A stretch of DNA of 64,000 nucleotides from Alcanivoracaceae bacterium (lineage in GTDB: Bacteria > Pseudomonadota > Gammaproteobacteria > Xanthomonadales > Marinicellaceae), in assembly GCA_016744455.1 (NCBI GenBank), contig JADGEI010000013.1, positions 27,809 to 91,808 on the forward strand. The letters run 5' to 3'. The position numbers and the translations under genes were made by a program. The number at the start of each line of letters is the position of its first letter. The stretch's first letter is position 1. This document shows, in pieces, positions 1 through 11,300 of this stretch. The notes beneath the pieces were generated by a model. It did no database searches. It was not told the origin of the DNA and was given only the letters and a program-made list of their open reading frames with translations.

Positions 1-1
1 T

Positions 2-2164
2 GCCTTTCCTGATTCAAAAGGAGTGTGGCGTTACCCTGTGGAACTTTCAGAAGTTTCACCTTTATATTTACAGGCCTTAATCAATTACGAAGATCGCTAT
101 TTTTATCAGCATTTTGGTGTTAACCCTTTAGCTATTATTCGTGCATTTGGGCAATGGATTTGGCACGGAGAGTTGGTTTCTGGTGCCTCAACATTAACCA
201 TGCAAGTAGCACGAGTCTTGAAACCTCACAAAAAGTCATTTAGCGGTAAACTGCAACAGATGTTTATGGCATTGCAATTAGAATGGCATTTTGACAAGGA
301 TGAAATTCTTAATTATTACGTAAATTATGCTCCATTTGGTGGGACTATTGAAGGCGTTGAGGCGGCTAGTTTTGCTTATTTTGGAAAAACTTCTGCACAA
401 TTAACACATTCAGAAGCAGCTTTGCTAGCTGTGATGCCACAATCGCCATCACGTTTTCGTCCTGATAGGTATCCTGAACGGGCTAAAAAAGCACGCAACA
501 AATTACTTAGTCGGTTACAAGATTTTGCCATTTGGGATAAAAAAACCATAGAAGACGCAAAACAAGAACAGGTTTGGGCACAATTTAATACTCGACCTAT
601 GATAGCTCCACTACATGCACGATTATTAAGGAAACAATTCCCTAATCAACAGGTAATAAAATCTACCATTGATATATCCTTGCAAACAGAGTTAGAAATG
701 TTAGTCAGTCATTACACTGTAAATATGCCTGAAAAAATGTCTGCTGCGTTGTTATTGGTTAACAACCATGACATGAGTGTTAAAGCCTATATTGGTAGTG
801 CAGATTTTTTAAATAAAACCAGAGGAGGGCATGTTGATATGATACAAGCGATACGCTCCCCTGGTTCAACACTTAAACCTTTTATCTATGGTATGGCAAT
901 TGACCAAGGTATTATTCATTCAGAGTCATTGTTATTCGATGTGCCCCAATCTTTTAATGGTTATAGGCCTAAAAACTTTACTGATACTTTCAATGGGCCG
1001 GTTAGTGTATCTCAAGCATTGGGTCGTTCATTAAATATGCCTGCTGTACAAGTTTTGAATGAATTATCACCTCAAGTATTTTATGCAACACTGAAAAATG
1101 CAGGATTATCCATTAAGCTGCCTGATACGGCAAAGCCAAACTTAACATTGGCTCTTGGTGGTGGTGGGGTTAACTTGCAACAGCTAGTAGGTGTCTTTAG
1201 TAGCTTAGGAAGAAAAGGTTATTCATCGGATGTTAGGTATGTTAAAGATCAAAAGCTTTCTAACTTCCCATTGCTTAGTGAAGGAACTGCGTGGATTGTA
1301 CAAAATATTCTTTCACAAGTTCCTATTAAAACTGTTCGTTCTCGTCATTTTAATCTAGCTAGCCCTATGGCTTATAAAACTGGGACTAGCTATGGTTTTC
1401 GTGATGCATGGGTGATTGCAAGTAATGCTCACTTTACTGTTGGAATTTGGTTGGGGCAAGCTAATGGTTCTTTTTTGGAAAGTAACAGTGGGCGAACTAC
1501 AGCAGTGCCCTTGTTACAACAGGTGTTAGCTATAATGCCTGATAAAATGATGCAAAAACCAAAGCAACCTCTCAATGTTAACAATGAAATAATATGTTGG
1601 CCAACAGGAATGAAGTCAGTTTATACTGAGGGCAAAAATTGTCATCAATCACGAACAGCAACACTTTTAAATGGAACAGCTCCGCCGAGTTTAAAAGACA
1701 CATTAACAAGCGATTTTTCATCAGGTTTAGTGGCAATTCAGTTGGATAAGTTGACAAATAAACGAGTATTGCCAAATTGTTTTCGTGGGGATTTGGTTAC
1801 AACTCAATTGGCCTTATGGCCTATGGTTCTGGACCCGTGGTTGGCCATTCCTTATAGGCGTCAATCATTGTTACCTAAATTTAATGATGAATGCAAAGTT
1901 ATTCAATCAACTAGCAAATTAGAAATCACAGGGATTCATGATAATGCAATTTTATATCCTGAAGCTAATACAAACACAATGCCTGATGTGTCATTACAAG
2001 TCAATGGTGCAGTTGGCCAATCTTATTGGTTTGTGAATGGTGTTTTACAAAAACAAACAGATGAAAAACTCACACTTAAAAACCTCGAGTCAGGTAAGTA
2101 TACGATTATTGTTATTGATAACAGTGGTAATTATTCTGAAACTGGATTTAGTGTCAGGATGTAA
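2..2164 (+). CDS. pbpC: Penicillin-binding protein 1C (transglycosylase/transpeptidase), 5' end lies upstream of the window
   Basis: The frame is open back to nt 2 (AFPDSKGVWRYPV...), so the listed GTG at 23 is not the true start. GT51 motif region YEDRYFYQHFGVNP; transpeptidase motifs STLK (SxxK), SLN (SxN), KTGTS (KTG); C-terminal PBP1C-type extension. Confidence 0.85.
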   Translation, partial: AFPDSKGVWRYPVELSEVSPLYLQALINYEDRYFYQHFGVNPLAIIRAFGQWIWHGELVSGASTLTMQVARVLKPHKKSFSGKLQQMFMALQLEWHFDKDEILNYYVNYAPFGGTIEGVEAASFAYFGKTSAQLTHSEAALLAVMPQSPSRFRPDRYPERAKKARNKLLSRLQDFAIWDKKTIEDAKQEQVWAQFNTRPMIAPLHARLLRKQFPNQQVIKSTIDISLQTELEMLVSHYTVNMPEKMSAALLLVNNHDMSVKAYIGSADFLNKTRGGHVDMIQAIRSPGSTLKPFIYGMAIDQGIIHSESLLFDVPQSFNGYRPKNFTDTFNGPVSVSQALGRSLNMPAVQVLNELSPQVFYATLKNAGLSIKLPDTAKPNLTLALGGGGVNLQQLVGVFSSLGRKGYSSDVRYVKDQKLSNFPLLSEGTAWIVQNILSQVPIKTVRSRHFNLASPMAYKTGTSYGFRDAWVIASNAHFTVGIWLGQANGSFLESNSGRTTAVPLLQQVLAIMPDKMMQKPKQPLNVNNEIICWPTGMKSVYTEGKNCHQSRTATLLNGTAPPSLKDTLTSDFSSGLVAIQLDKLTNKRVLPNCFRGDLVTTQLALWPMVLDPWLAIPYRRQSLLPKFNDECKVIQSTSKLEITGIHDNAILYPEANTNTMPDVSLQVNGAVGQSYWFVNGVLQKQTDEKLTLKNLESGKYTIIVIDNSGNYSETGFSVRM

Positions 2165-2277
2165 CAATTGTTAACATTCAAATGAAAATGCTTCAATTAT
2201 AATAGACGTTCGTGGGTAAATGCTGCAATTGCAAAAGTTATTCTTAATTTTTCAACCGCAGCTATTTTAGTGGGATT

Positions 2278-2338
2278 GCACAGCTCCACGGCTGTGCCTT
2301 TAGACCGGCATCATCTTTTGGTGATACCGGTTTTTTTT
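2278..2338 (+). terminator. Two consecutive hairpins, the second followed by a T8 run (rho-independent terminator-like)
   Basis: GCACAGC-tccacg-GCTGTGC (2278-2297), then ACCGGCATCA-tcttttgg-TGATACCGGT (2304-2331, one mismatch) followed by TTTTTTTT. It lies 115-175 nt after the pbpC stop, so it may end pbpC or a separate small transcript. Confidence 0.5.
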
Positions 2339-2587
2339 CTAAAAATTTTCTTAAATCCCTCGTAATTCTTCGAAAAAATTCTAGTCAAGTACTTTTTGTT
2401 CCATTCATACGTGGATTGAGACGCTATCAAATGAAACTTAGATATTGATTCAAAATTGGAAGATAAAATAAAGAAGGTGTTAGCTATACTCATTTGATGT
2501 TTGAATTTTAAAGAATCTATTGTAGAATTATCAATTGTCCACAAAACTCTTGGTATTTAATAAACGTTTCTTAGTTACCCGCAATGT

Positions 2588-3493
2588 ATGAAATCAAATA
2601 AAATAAAAACCGGCTTTGTTGTTAAGTTTTCTCAACTATTGATGAAACTGCCTTTAACTGTAATTTTAGCTCTTGGTGGGTTTATTGGCTGGATGACTTG
2701 GAAAATTCCAAACAAAAGAAAAAAAATAGCGACAAGAAATATTGAGTTATGCTTTCCTGAATTATCTAAGCTGGAACACAAAAACCTTGTTAAGGACAAT
2801 CTGATTTCAACTGGTAAAGGGCTTACTGAAACGATGTTATCCTATTGGGCTAAAACGGATAAATTTATAGGAATATATAAATTTTCTGGGTTAGAGCATA
2901 TAGAAAATGCATTAGAACAAGGTCAAGGTTGTATCTTATTAGGGATGCATTGTCATTCAATAGAATTAAATATAAGGGCAATTAATGAAAAGTTAAGTAA
3001 GAAAGGTCACATGTTAGTAAGGCAGCACAACAATAAGGTATATGAAGCCCATGTTGATCATGCTCGGACAAATCACTGTGGTAAAACCATTGACAAGAAA
3101 AATTTAAAAGAGCTTTTTATCTCTTTAAAAAACAATAACCCTGTATTTTACATGCCTGATCAAAATTTTTCATATAAGTTCATGTATATTGATTTTTTCA
3201 AACAACCCGCAGCCACAGTGATCGGTCCATCTCTTTTAGCTCAGTCATGTAGTTCTCCAATAATTCCCTGGTTTGGTTTTAGAAGAAAAGATGAGAAGGG
3301 TCAGTTGTATTGGCAGATAACAGTGCAAAAGCCCATGAATTACCTTAAGCACGATGAGGCTAAAATTGGCCTAACTAAAATGAATAAGATGTTTGAACAA
3401 CAAATCAGGATGTTTCCAGATCAATATTTATGGGCGCATAGACGGTTTAAAAACCACCCTAATGGTACAAATTATATATATAAAGATATCTGA
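2588..3493 (+). CDS. Lipid A biosynthesis late acyltransferase (LpxL/LpxM, HtrB/MsbB family)
   Basis: About 300 aa, N-terminal membrane anchor (LPLTVILALGGFIGWMTW), H-x4-E acyltransferase motif (HCHSIE), family-typical C-terminal FPDQYLWAHRRFK. Confidence 0.75.
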   Translation: MKSNKIKTGFVVKFSQLLMKLPLTVILALGGFIGWMTWKIPNKRKKIATRNIELCFPELSKLEHKNLVKDNLISTGKGLTETMLSYWAKTDKFIGIYKFSGLEHIENALEQGQGCILLGMHCHSIELNIRAINEKLSKKGHMLVRQHNNKVYEAHVDHARTNHCGKTIDKKNLKELFISLKNNNPVFYMPDQNFSYKFMYIDFFKQPAATVIGPSLLAQSCSSPIIPWFGFRRKDEKGQLYWQITVQKPMNYLKHDEAKIGLTKMNKMFEQQIRMFPDQYLWAHRRFKNHPNGTNYIYKDI

Positions 3494-3595
3494 TACTTGG
3501 ATTATTTATAGATCTTGCCACCTAAAGAATAATTTGCAATTGTCAATTAGGAGTGAAAAATAGGCTATAATGTAGTTTTCCCACAGAGAACTCGC

Positions 3596-4558
3596 ATGAC
3601 TATAAATTATTCTACTAATATTAATGACATCAATAAGTCTAAAGTTTTATTGCTGATAGAAGCGAGCCTCCAAGCTTACAATGCCTTTGATAAATCACAA
3701 TCAACAACTTGCCAAAAAGTAAAAATCTCACCTCCATCATCAGACTATGAATTTGTTGAGTGTTGGTCAGGAGTTGATTCTTTGTTTCATCAAGACGGCA
3801 CTGAAGAGGTTTATGGTGTAGTATTCAGATCGTACCAAGCGCCTCACAGTTACATATTTGCTTTTCGTGGCACAGCATCGATACTAGATATGTTAGATGA
3901 TTTGGGTGTTGAACATTCGCATTTTGCACCTTATGATAAAAGCATAACAGTTGATAAGCAGATAAAAGTTGAAGCTGGGTTTTTTAATGTTTACACCGAG
4001 AGCCTTGGTAATACTCAATCAATGCAAACACAATTGTTTCATTTGTTAGACAAATACACGACATCAGAAAAACCAATTGATGAACTGATGATTACAGGAC
4101 ACTCTCTTGGTTCATCATTGTGTGAATTGTTTACTCTGGATATTGCTTTGTCACGACCCAACATCAAAGCCTCAACAATCAATTATGCTTGTCCACGAAC
4201 AGGTAATAAAGAATATGTCGAGTTTTATGATGCACAATTAGCTCAGCAAGATCCTGGTACTAAAACATTACGAGTGCAAAATACCTATGATAAAGTTCCT
4301 TGTGTGCCCTTGCAAGATATGGGTTACAAGCATACAAGTTATGCATTTTTAGTCGCTTTCTATAAAGGTTTGTGGTTAGGGGAAGCCAACTTGTTATCGT
4401 GTCATTCTGCTTTAAATTATCAAGCCGTTTTAAAATGTGCTGCTGAAAATGGAGAAGGTGTTTGTATAATTGATGGCTTGCCAGTACCAGGAAATGGAAA
4501 GGATTATAAGGTAAAATCAATAAAGCCTGATACAACGGATGTCTGTAGTTTCTGGTGA
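3596..4558 (+). CDS. Class 3 (fungal-type) lipase family alpha/beta hydrolase
   Basis: Nucleophile elbow ITGHSLGSSL, preceding FRGTASILDMLDDL motif typical of Lipase_3. No obvious signal peptide. Confidence 0.7.
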   Translation: MTINYSTNINDINKSKVLLLIEASLQAYNAFDKSQSTTCQKVKISPPSSDYEFVECWSGVDSLFHQDGTEEVYGVVFRSYQAPHSYIFAFRGTASILDMLDDLGVEHSHFAPYDKSITVDKQIKVEAGFFNVYTESLGNTQSMQTQLFHLLDKYTTSEKPIDELMITGHSLGSSLCELFTLDIALSRPNIKASTINYACPRTGNKEYVEFYDAQLAQQDPGTKTLRVQNTYDKVPCVPLQDMGYKHTSYAFLVAFYKGLWLGEANLLSCHSALNYQAVLKCAAENGEGVCIIDGLPVPGNGKDYKVKSIKPDTTDVCSFW

Positions 4559-4730
4559 CATGAAAACTGTTTTATATTTTGAATTAAGCACTGTTTTAAG
4601 TTGCTATCATTTAATGAAAAGACTTGTATTATAAATATAAGGTGTCAAAAGTTGTTTATTTGTACAACAAGATTTTATTTTGGTACATAAATTAGTAAAC
4701 TTCGTTATATGGCAACAATGAATTAAATCA

Positions 4731-5120
4731 ATGAAAGATAACAACATTTTTAAAAAAACACTCAAGGCTCTTGAGATTGTAGGATTAATGATCATAGTTA
4801 TTGCGACTATAATCGCTATAGGTCAAGAAGTCTGGGTTATGGTTCAGCACAGAAAAGTTGAATTGAGTGATTTGTTATTGCTATTCATTTATCTAGAAGT
4901 TATCACCATGATTGGGATCTATTATGAAAAAAATATGTTGCCTGTTCGTTTTCCTATTTATATCGCGATAGTGGCACTAGCACGTTATATCATACTAGGC
5001 TCAAAAGAGCTAAATCCATGGGATATGTTGGGAATAGGTGTGACACTTTTGGTTTTAACTCTATCGGTATTTTTGGTGCGTCTTGGTCATGTTAAGTTCC
5101 CTTATGAAGAAGATAAGTAA
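4731..5120 (+). CDS. psiE: PsiE-family (phosphate-starvation-inducible) small inner membrane protein
   Basis: 129 aa, four hydrophobic helices. The pattern LLLLFIYLEVITMIG...IYIAIVALARYIIL resembles PsiE family proteins. Confidence 0.6.
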   Translation: MKDNNIFKKTLKALEIVGLMIIVIATIIAIGQEVWVMVQHRKVELSDLLLLFIYLEVITMIGIYYEKNMLPVRFPIYIAIVALARYIILGSKELNPWDMLGIGVTLLVLTLSVFLVRLGHVKFPYEEDK

Positions 5121-5397
5121 AACAATTGAATTTGTGTGACGTAATTTGTCATATGGCTTAATTAAATTGCTGCTGTAACTAATAAAACAAAGCACGTGTT
5201 ACACACAAAATATTAAAAACATGTAATTATATTAGCATTTCCTAATATAATTCACCATTAATATTAATTTTTGTAAAATATACATTCTTGGCTATTGAAT
5301 ATTGTTGCTTTCTTTGTTTTAATGTCTATGTTTTATACACTATAGGGCGATGGATGCCCTCCTGTTTTTTTTAAGTTATATTAATTGAGAACCTAAT

Positions 5398-8300
5398 ATG
5401 AATCACTATTTTAGAAATATCTTCACACTGTTCTTTTTCATGAGCATTATTTCAAATGCCCATGCAGAAGGTCCGCACACTTCAACGAAACTCTTAACGG
5501 GAGCTGCCAATGTTTTTGCAGGTGATTTTGTTGAATACCAAATACAATTTGCTTGTAATAGTTTGACTGGAGATTGCGGTAATTTATCCATTACTGATAA
5601 TTTGCCAGCTGAACTTGAGATAATTTCATGTACAGCACCTGTTGGATTTACTGTCACTTGCCCTGTTGGAGGGAATAATGTTACTGTGATAAAAGACACT
5701 GTTTTCGATGGTGGAGATACTTTTCAGCTTTCAATTCGATCTAGAGTGAGATTGGGAACACCTGGCGGTACGATGATAACCAATACTGCGACGACTACAA
5801 TTACAGATGGACCAGGTGGTAATCCACAAACTAATACACCAAGTGCTCCCCCAGTGACAGTTCAGCCGGGTGTTGCTGATTATATTATGCATAAAACAAT
5901 AACTGACCCACCAGCGCCATTAGGACCAGCATTGGATGCTGACGTTATTTATGATGTTCAGATGTGTGCCACTTCAGCTGTTGGTAATGAGAACATGACA
6001 GGTGTAGTTATGGTTGACACTTTTCCTGCCGGTGCATTTGTTTTTGATGCAGATGGTGGAACGATTGCTGGTAACACGATTACTTGGAATATTCCTGATG
6101 CTGAAATTGCTCTCGCAACTCTTTATGCAACAGCATCATTAACATCTGAGCAATGTGTAACTCGTACGATAACTTTGATTTACCCTTCTGCAACGTTTGG
6201 AATCGGAAACCCAGTAAATAATACAATAGTTGGATCTGGTACACCAGCAGGAGGACCTGGAACGGGTTTTGGTCCTGGAAATGATACTGATACAACGATG
6301 AATGTCATTGTCGTTGGAGCCATTGAACCTGGTGCAGGTAAGGTAGCTGATGATGTTATCTCGGGGGCAGGTGAAGGCCCGATGATTTGGGCCATTGATA
6401 TGAATACTGATACGGCCAATGTAGCCGTTTCAGATTTTATTATATACGAAGCTATTCCTAATAATGGCTTGCCTAATGCAAACCCTCCAAATATTTTCCC
6501 GTTATCCATAACAAGTGGTCAATGGAATTCACCAATAAATTTCAATGGTACTACTGACGTTCGAGCGACAATAGAGTTTTCTACAGATGTTGTGGCTACA
6601 CCAGATTTATGTACTACAGCAAGTTATGCTGGTAACATACTAGCTACCAATATCGCAAGTCCTGTAGCAAGTGTTAACTATCCCTTGCCTGCAAATGCTA
6701 CTTGTGTCAGGTGGGTATTAACCGATGTATCAGCAAACCTTGATGCACCAGCCACTCCAAGGCATTGGGCATTTACGACACAACCTCTATTGACTTTGGA
6801 TACCCAAACTGTTCCAGGCCCTTATCCACAAGTGGTGGAGAATTGCCTTGTTACAACATTTACGTTAAATGGAGTGTCTACAATTGATGGACCTGATTGT
6901 TTTACTGCTAATATAGAAGACCCTACGGTTGCTATTGCTTCTGAAAAAATTAGATTAGCACCAAGTGGAGATGCCTTACCTGGCCAAGAAGTGCAAGAAA
7001 GGCTAACTTTTACACACATTGAAGGTGATTCAACAGTTGGTGCTGTTGATCCAGTTGTGGCTGATTTATTACCACCTGAGTTAGAGTTTGTTAGTTGGGA
7101 TGCCTATAATGTTGCTGGTGGGTTAAATCCACCAAATTTAGAAGTGATTCCAAATTATGCAGGAACGGGTCGTACAATGGTGCGATTTAGCTGGAGTACT
7201 GTAGCCGTTGGTGTACAGATTGACGGTTCGCCAGGTGTTGCCAATTCAGAGACTTTTTCTGAGACAACAGCAGATGCAGATATGCCACAAATGGATATTA
7301 CACTTAAAGTGAAAGATGGTACTCCTGCAGGAGTGTATACCAACGAATTAGCTTTTTTCGATAGAAATCCAACAGGTCGTTTCACTTGTGGAGCACCTGC
7401 CAGTGAGCCAGGTGTAGATTTAAGTGGTAATAATAATGATGGAGCTGGTACAAATGCCGATGATTTATTTTGTCGTGGTACAGATCCAGTTGGTGTACTT
7501 AGTTCAGCTGTTTTAGGTGGTAGTAAATGGGTAAAAGGTGACGGCAGTACAGGAGACGGTGTCAATACCAGCTCCGATGACCCCACTAGTGACCCTAGCA
7601 TTATTAATGCGGCATGTCCAGATGTTCCCAATGGTTCAGATTTTACTCGCTTTCCATGTGCTGCATGGACAGATGTCGGTGGAAATTTTGAATATGAGCT
7701 TCGCTTAGTTAATGCTGGCAATATTGGTTTACAAGACTATACCTTATACGATGTTTTACCTAATGTCGGCGATACAGGCGTAGGACCTGCTTTGAGTTTT
7801 ACTGCAAGGGAATCTAGGTGGAGACCTGAATTAGCGGGTGCAATTACCATAGTTCCAGGCACATTGATTGATGGAGTGACTCCATTTAATCCCTTTGGTG
7901 TTGTATTAGAATACTCAACAGCAGCAAACCCATGTCGAGATGATTTGGCAGATCCTTCTATGCCCAATGTTTGTGATGCAGATTACGGCGCATTACCGGG
8001 TGCATTAGATACCGTAACGGCGTATAGAATAAAAGTGCCCTTTGCAACAGCCTGGCCCCCAGGAGCAACATTCACATTAAGAGTGCCTATGGTTGCACCT
8101 GTGAATGCTCCACCCAGTATAGATGCAGATGCGGCAAACTTTAACCCAGCTTGGAATAGTTTTGCGCATGTGGCAAGACAAGAGGGTGCTGCAACTTTCT
8201 TATTGCCTGCTGAGCCTAGAAAAGTAGGAATTGTGGTGCCGCCATCATTCCGTTTAGGTAATTTAGTTTGGGTTGATACCAACCGTAATGGTATAGCTGA

Positions 8301-11300
8301 AGTAGGTGAACCAGGTATACCAAATGTTAATGTTGAACTAAGGCAGGACGATGATGGGTCAGCTGGCCCAACAGCTGGAGACACTATTGTAAATAGTATG
8401 CTTACAGATGTTGATGGTCACTATATGTTTGAAAATTTAGGGCCAAATGACTACTATATTAATATCCCTGTAGGACAAGATGGAGTAGGTGGACCGCTAG
8501 AAAATTATTTCCAAACAGACGTTGGCGAAGAGGCATCACCAAATAGTGATGGAGATAACAATGATAATGGCACACTTACGGTCGCTGGATTAGGTTTAGC
8601 ATCAGGTGTTGTCACGTTAGGACCGATGTTCAATGAACCAACGGGCGAGCAAAATCGGAATGGCTCTGGTTCTGATGAAATTGATTTTTATCCAGATGCA
8701 TTATCAAATTTAACCGTAGATATTGGTTATTGGAGACCGTTTAGTTTAGGTAATCAGGTGTGGTTAGATGATGGACCTGGAGCAGATTTTAATAACGGCA
8801 TATTTGATGTTAGTGAATCAGGTATTGATGGCATAACGGTAAGGTTATTGAACTCAGATGCTACGCCATTTATTGATACATCTACAATGGCAGCAGTTAC
8901 AACTATTACTGCTAATGGTGGCTATTACTTGTTTGAAAATATTCCTGCTAGAAACTATATAGTAGAGTTAGATTTAACTTCTGGTGCAGGTTTTACACAT
9001 TTATCAACATCAACTGGTGCCAATGCAAATACCGGCCCATTTGAAAATCCACCAGATGCTGATGGAAATGCGACTGATGAAGACGATAACGGTCAACGAA
9101 TTAATAATTCAACTATTAGAAGTTTGACTGTAACAATAGGTGCATCAGACGTACCTGCTGAGCCAACTGCTGAAGCTGGGGCAGTAGATGCAACACTTGT
9201 TAATGGTCAAGGTACTGCCCCCGATGGGACAGCTTTGCCTGATATACAGGCCAATGTAACCGTAGATTTTGGTTTGTTTGAGTCTTACTCTGTTGGTAAC
9301 CGTGTTTGGTTTGATGACAATGACAGTGGAACTATTGATGGAATAGAAGCGGGTATAAACAATGTTACCGTTAACCTGTATGATGCAGCTGACCTTAATA
9401 GCATATTAGATACAATGACAACCAATGCCAATGGTTACTATAGATTTGATTTTCTTAGAGCAGGTGATTATGTAGTTGAAGCAGAAACTCCTGCTGGTAC
9501 ACACAGTAGTACGCCAAATGCAGGTGACCCTGATGCGGATTTAGATGAAGATGATGATAACGGTGTAGACATTGCCACTCATGCTGGATTTGCAATGAGT
9601 GATGCTATAACTGTTGGCCCTGGAGCTAGTGAGCAACTTACGGATGTTAAAGATGGACCAGGAGATACAACTTTAGCGGCAGTTGATGATCATAATGATA
9701 TGTCAGTTGATTTTGGTTTTGTTAAAGAATTCAGCCTGGGTAATCGTGTTTGGTTAGATGCCAATAACAATGGTGTAATTGATGCAACAGAGAATGGCAT
9801 TAATGGCGTAACTGTTAATCTATACGAAGATTTTGATACCAATGGTGCACCTGATGGCCCTGTTGTTGCGACTATGGTAACAATTGCTGATGGCCTAGAC
9901 AATGGTTATTATAGATTTGACGATCTATTGACTGGTACTTATATGGTTGAGATTGATGCGACAAACTTTGCTGGACCATTAACAGATTTAATCAGTTCAA
10001 CACCAGATGCAGGAGATCCTGATGCTGATGCCGATGATTCGGATGACAATGGCAGTGATTTAGCCACAACAATGGGTGCGGTATTCTCAGCTCCAGTTAC
10101 TTTAGGTCAAGCTGATGATGAACCTTTAACTGAAGCAGACCTAGGTGTAGGTGGTCAAGGCACAACTCTAGATAGTCGTGCAAATATGACCGTTGATTTT
10201 GGTTTCTTTGAACCTTTAAGTTTAGGTAATTTGGTTTGGATTGACACGGACAATAACGGCACATTAAATGGTGTTGAAATTGGCCATCCACTAGTGACTG
10301 TTCAAGTCTATCGTGATACAGATGCAAATGGTATATTTAATCCTGCCAACGATACGCTGATAGATACTGATATTACTGATGCTAATGGTTTCTATTTATT
10401 TACAGAACTGGGTGCAGATAATTATTTTGTACACATTCCAGTGGCAAACTTTGGCCCAGCTCAAGCACTGGCAGGTTATTCAACTTCCACAGGTGCAGAT
10501 GCTTTATTAGGCCCAAGTGAACCTGCAGCCAGCCCGGAAGACGATGCTGACACTGTTGATGATGGTTCTTTCTCATTAGTAACAAATGGAACCGTATCTC
10601 TGCCGGTAACATTAGCTCCAAATTCAGAAGTTCAAATGGAACTACCCACTGCAACAGGTAACCCTGGAGATGATGGTGCGGGTACTCCAGATAACGACAG
10701 TAATTTAACTGTTGATTTTGGTTTCTATCAATCTGTTAGTATTGGGTCTACAGTATTTGAAGATACAGATAACAGTGGGCACCAAGATGGTGGCGAAGTT
10801 GCTATTGCAAATGTCGATGTAGAACTTTGGCATCCAGGTGTTGATGGTGTTATTGGTGGTGGCGATGATGTCATGATCGATACCACAACGACCAGTGGTA
10901 CTGGAGATTACATTTTTGCGAACCTTCCAGTAGGAGATTATTATGTTGTTGTTCCTGCAATAAACTTCAATGCAGGTAATGCTTTAGAAAATCTTGCATC
11001 GTCTTCTTATCCTACAGTTACTGCGGATGTGATAACCGATGATGGCGATGATCATGGTGAACAGTCTGGTGGTTCTGGTACTGTAACGACTTCTCCGTTA
11101 ATTAATCTAAGTTTAGGTGCGGAGCCAATAGATGGTGTAGATGAAACAGAACAGGGCAATTTACAAGACAATGATATTATTGATGAAAATGGTGATATGA
11201 CTGTCGATTTTGGTTTCTTCAATCCAGTTAATCCAATGAGTCTGGGTTCTACAGTATTTTTGGACCCCAATAACAATGGCCAACATGAAGCAACAGAAGC

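Noticed and set aside
2311-2544. 77-aa minus-strand ORF in the pbpC-lpx spacer
   Set aside because: No recognisable motifs and no RBS. Its 3' end runs through the plus-strand terminator hairpin. It is most likely non-coding spacer.
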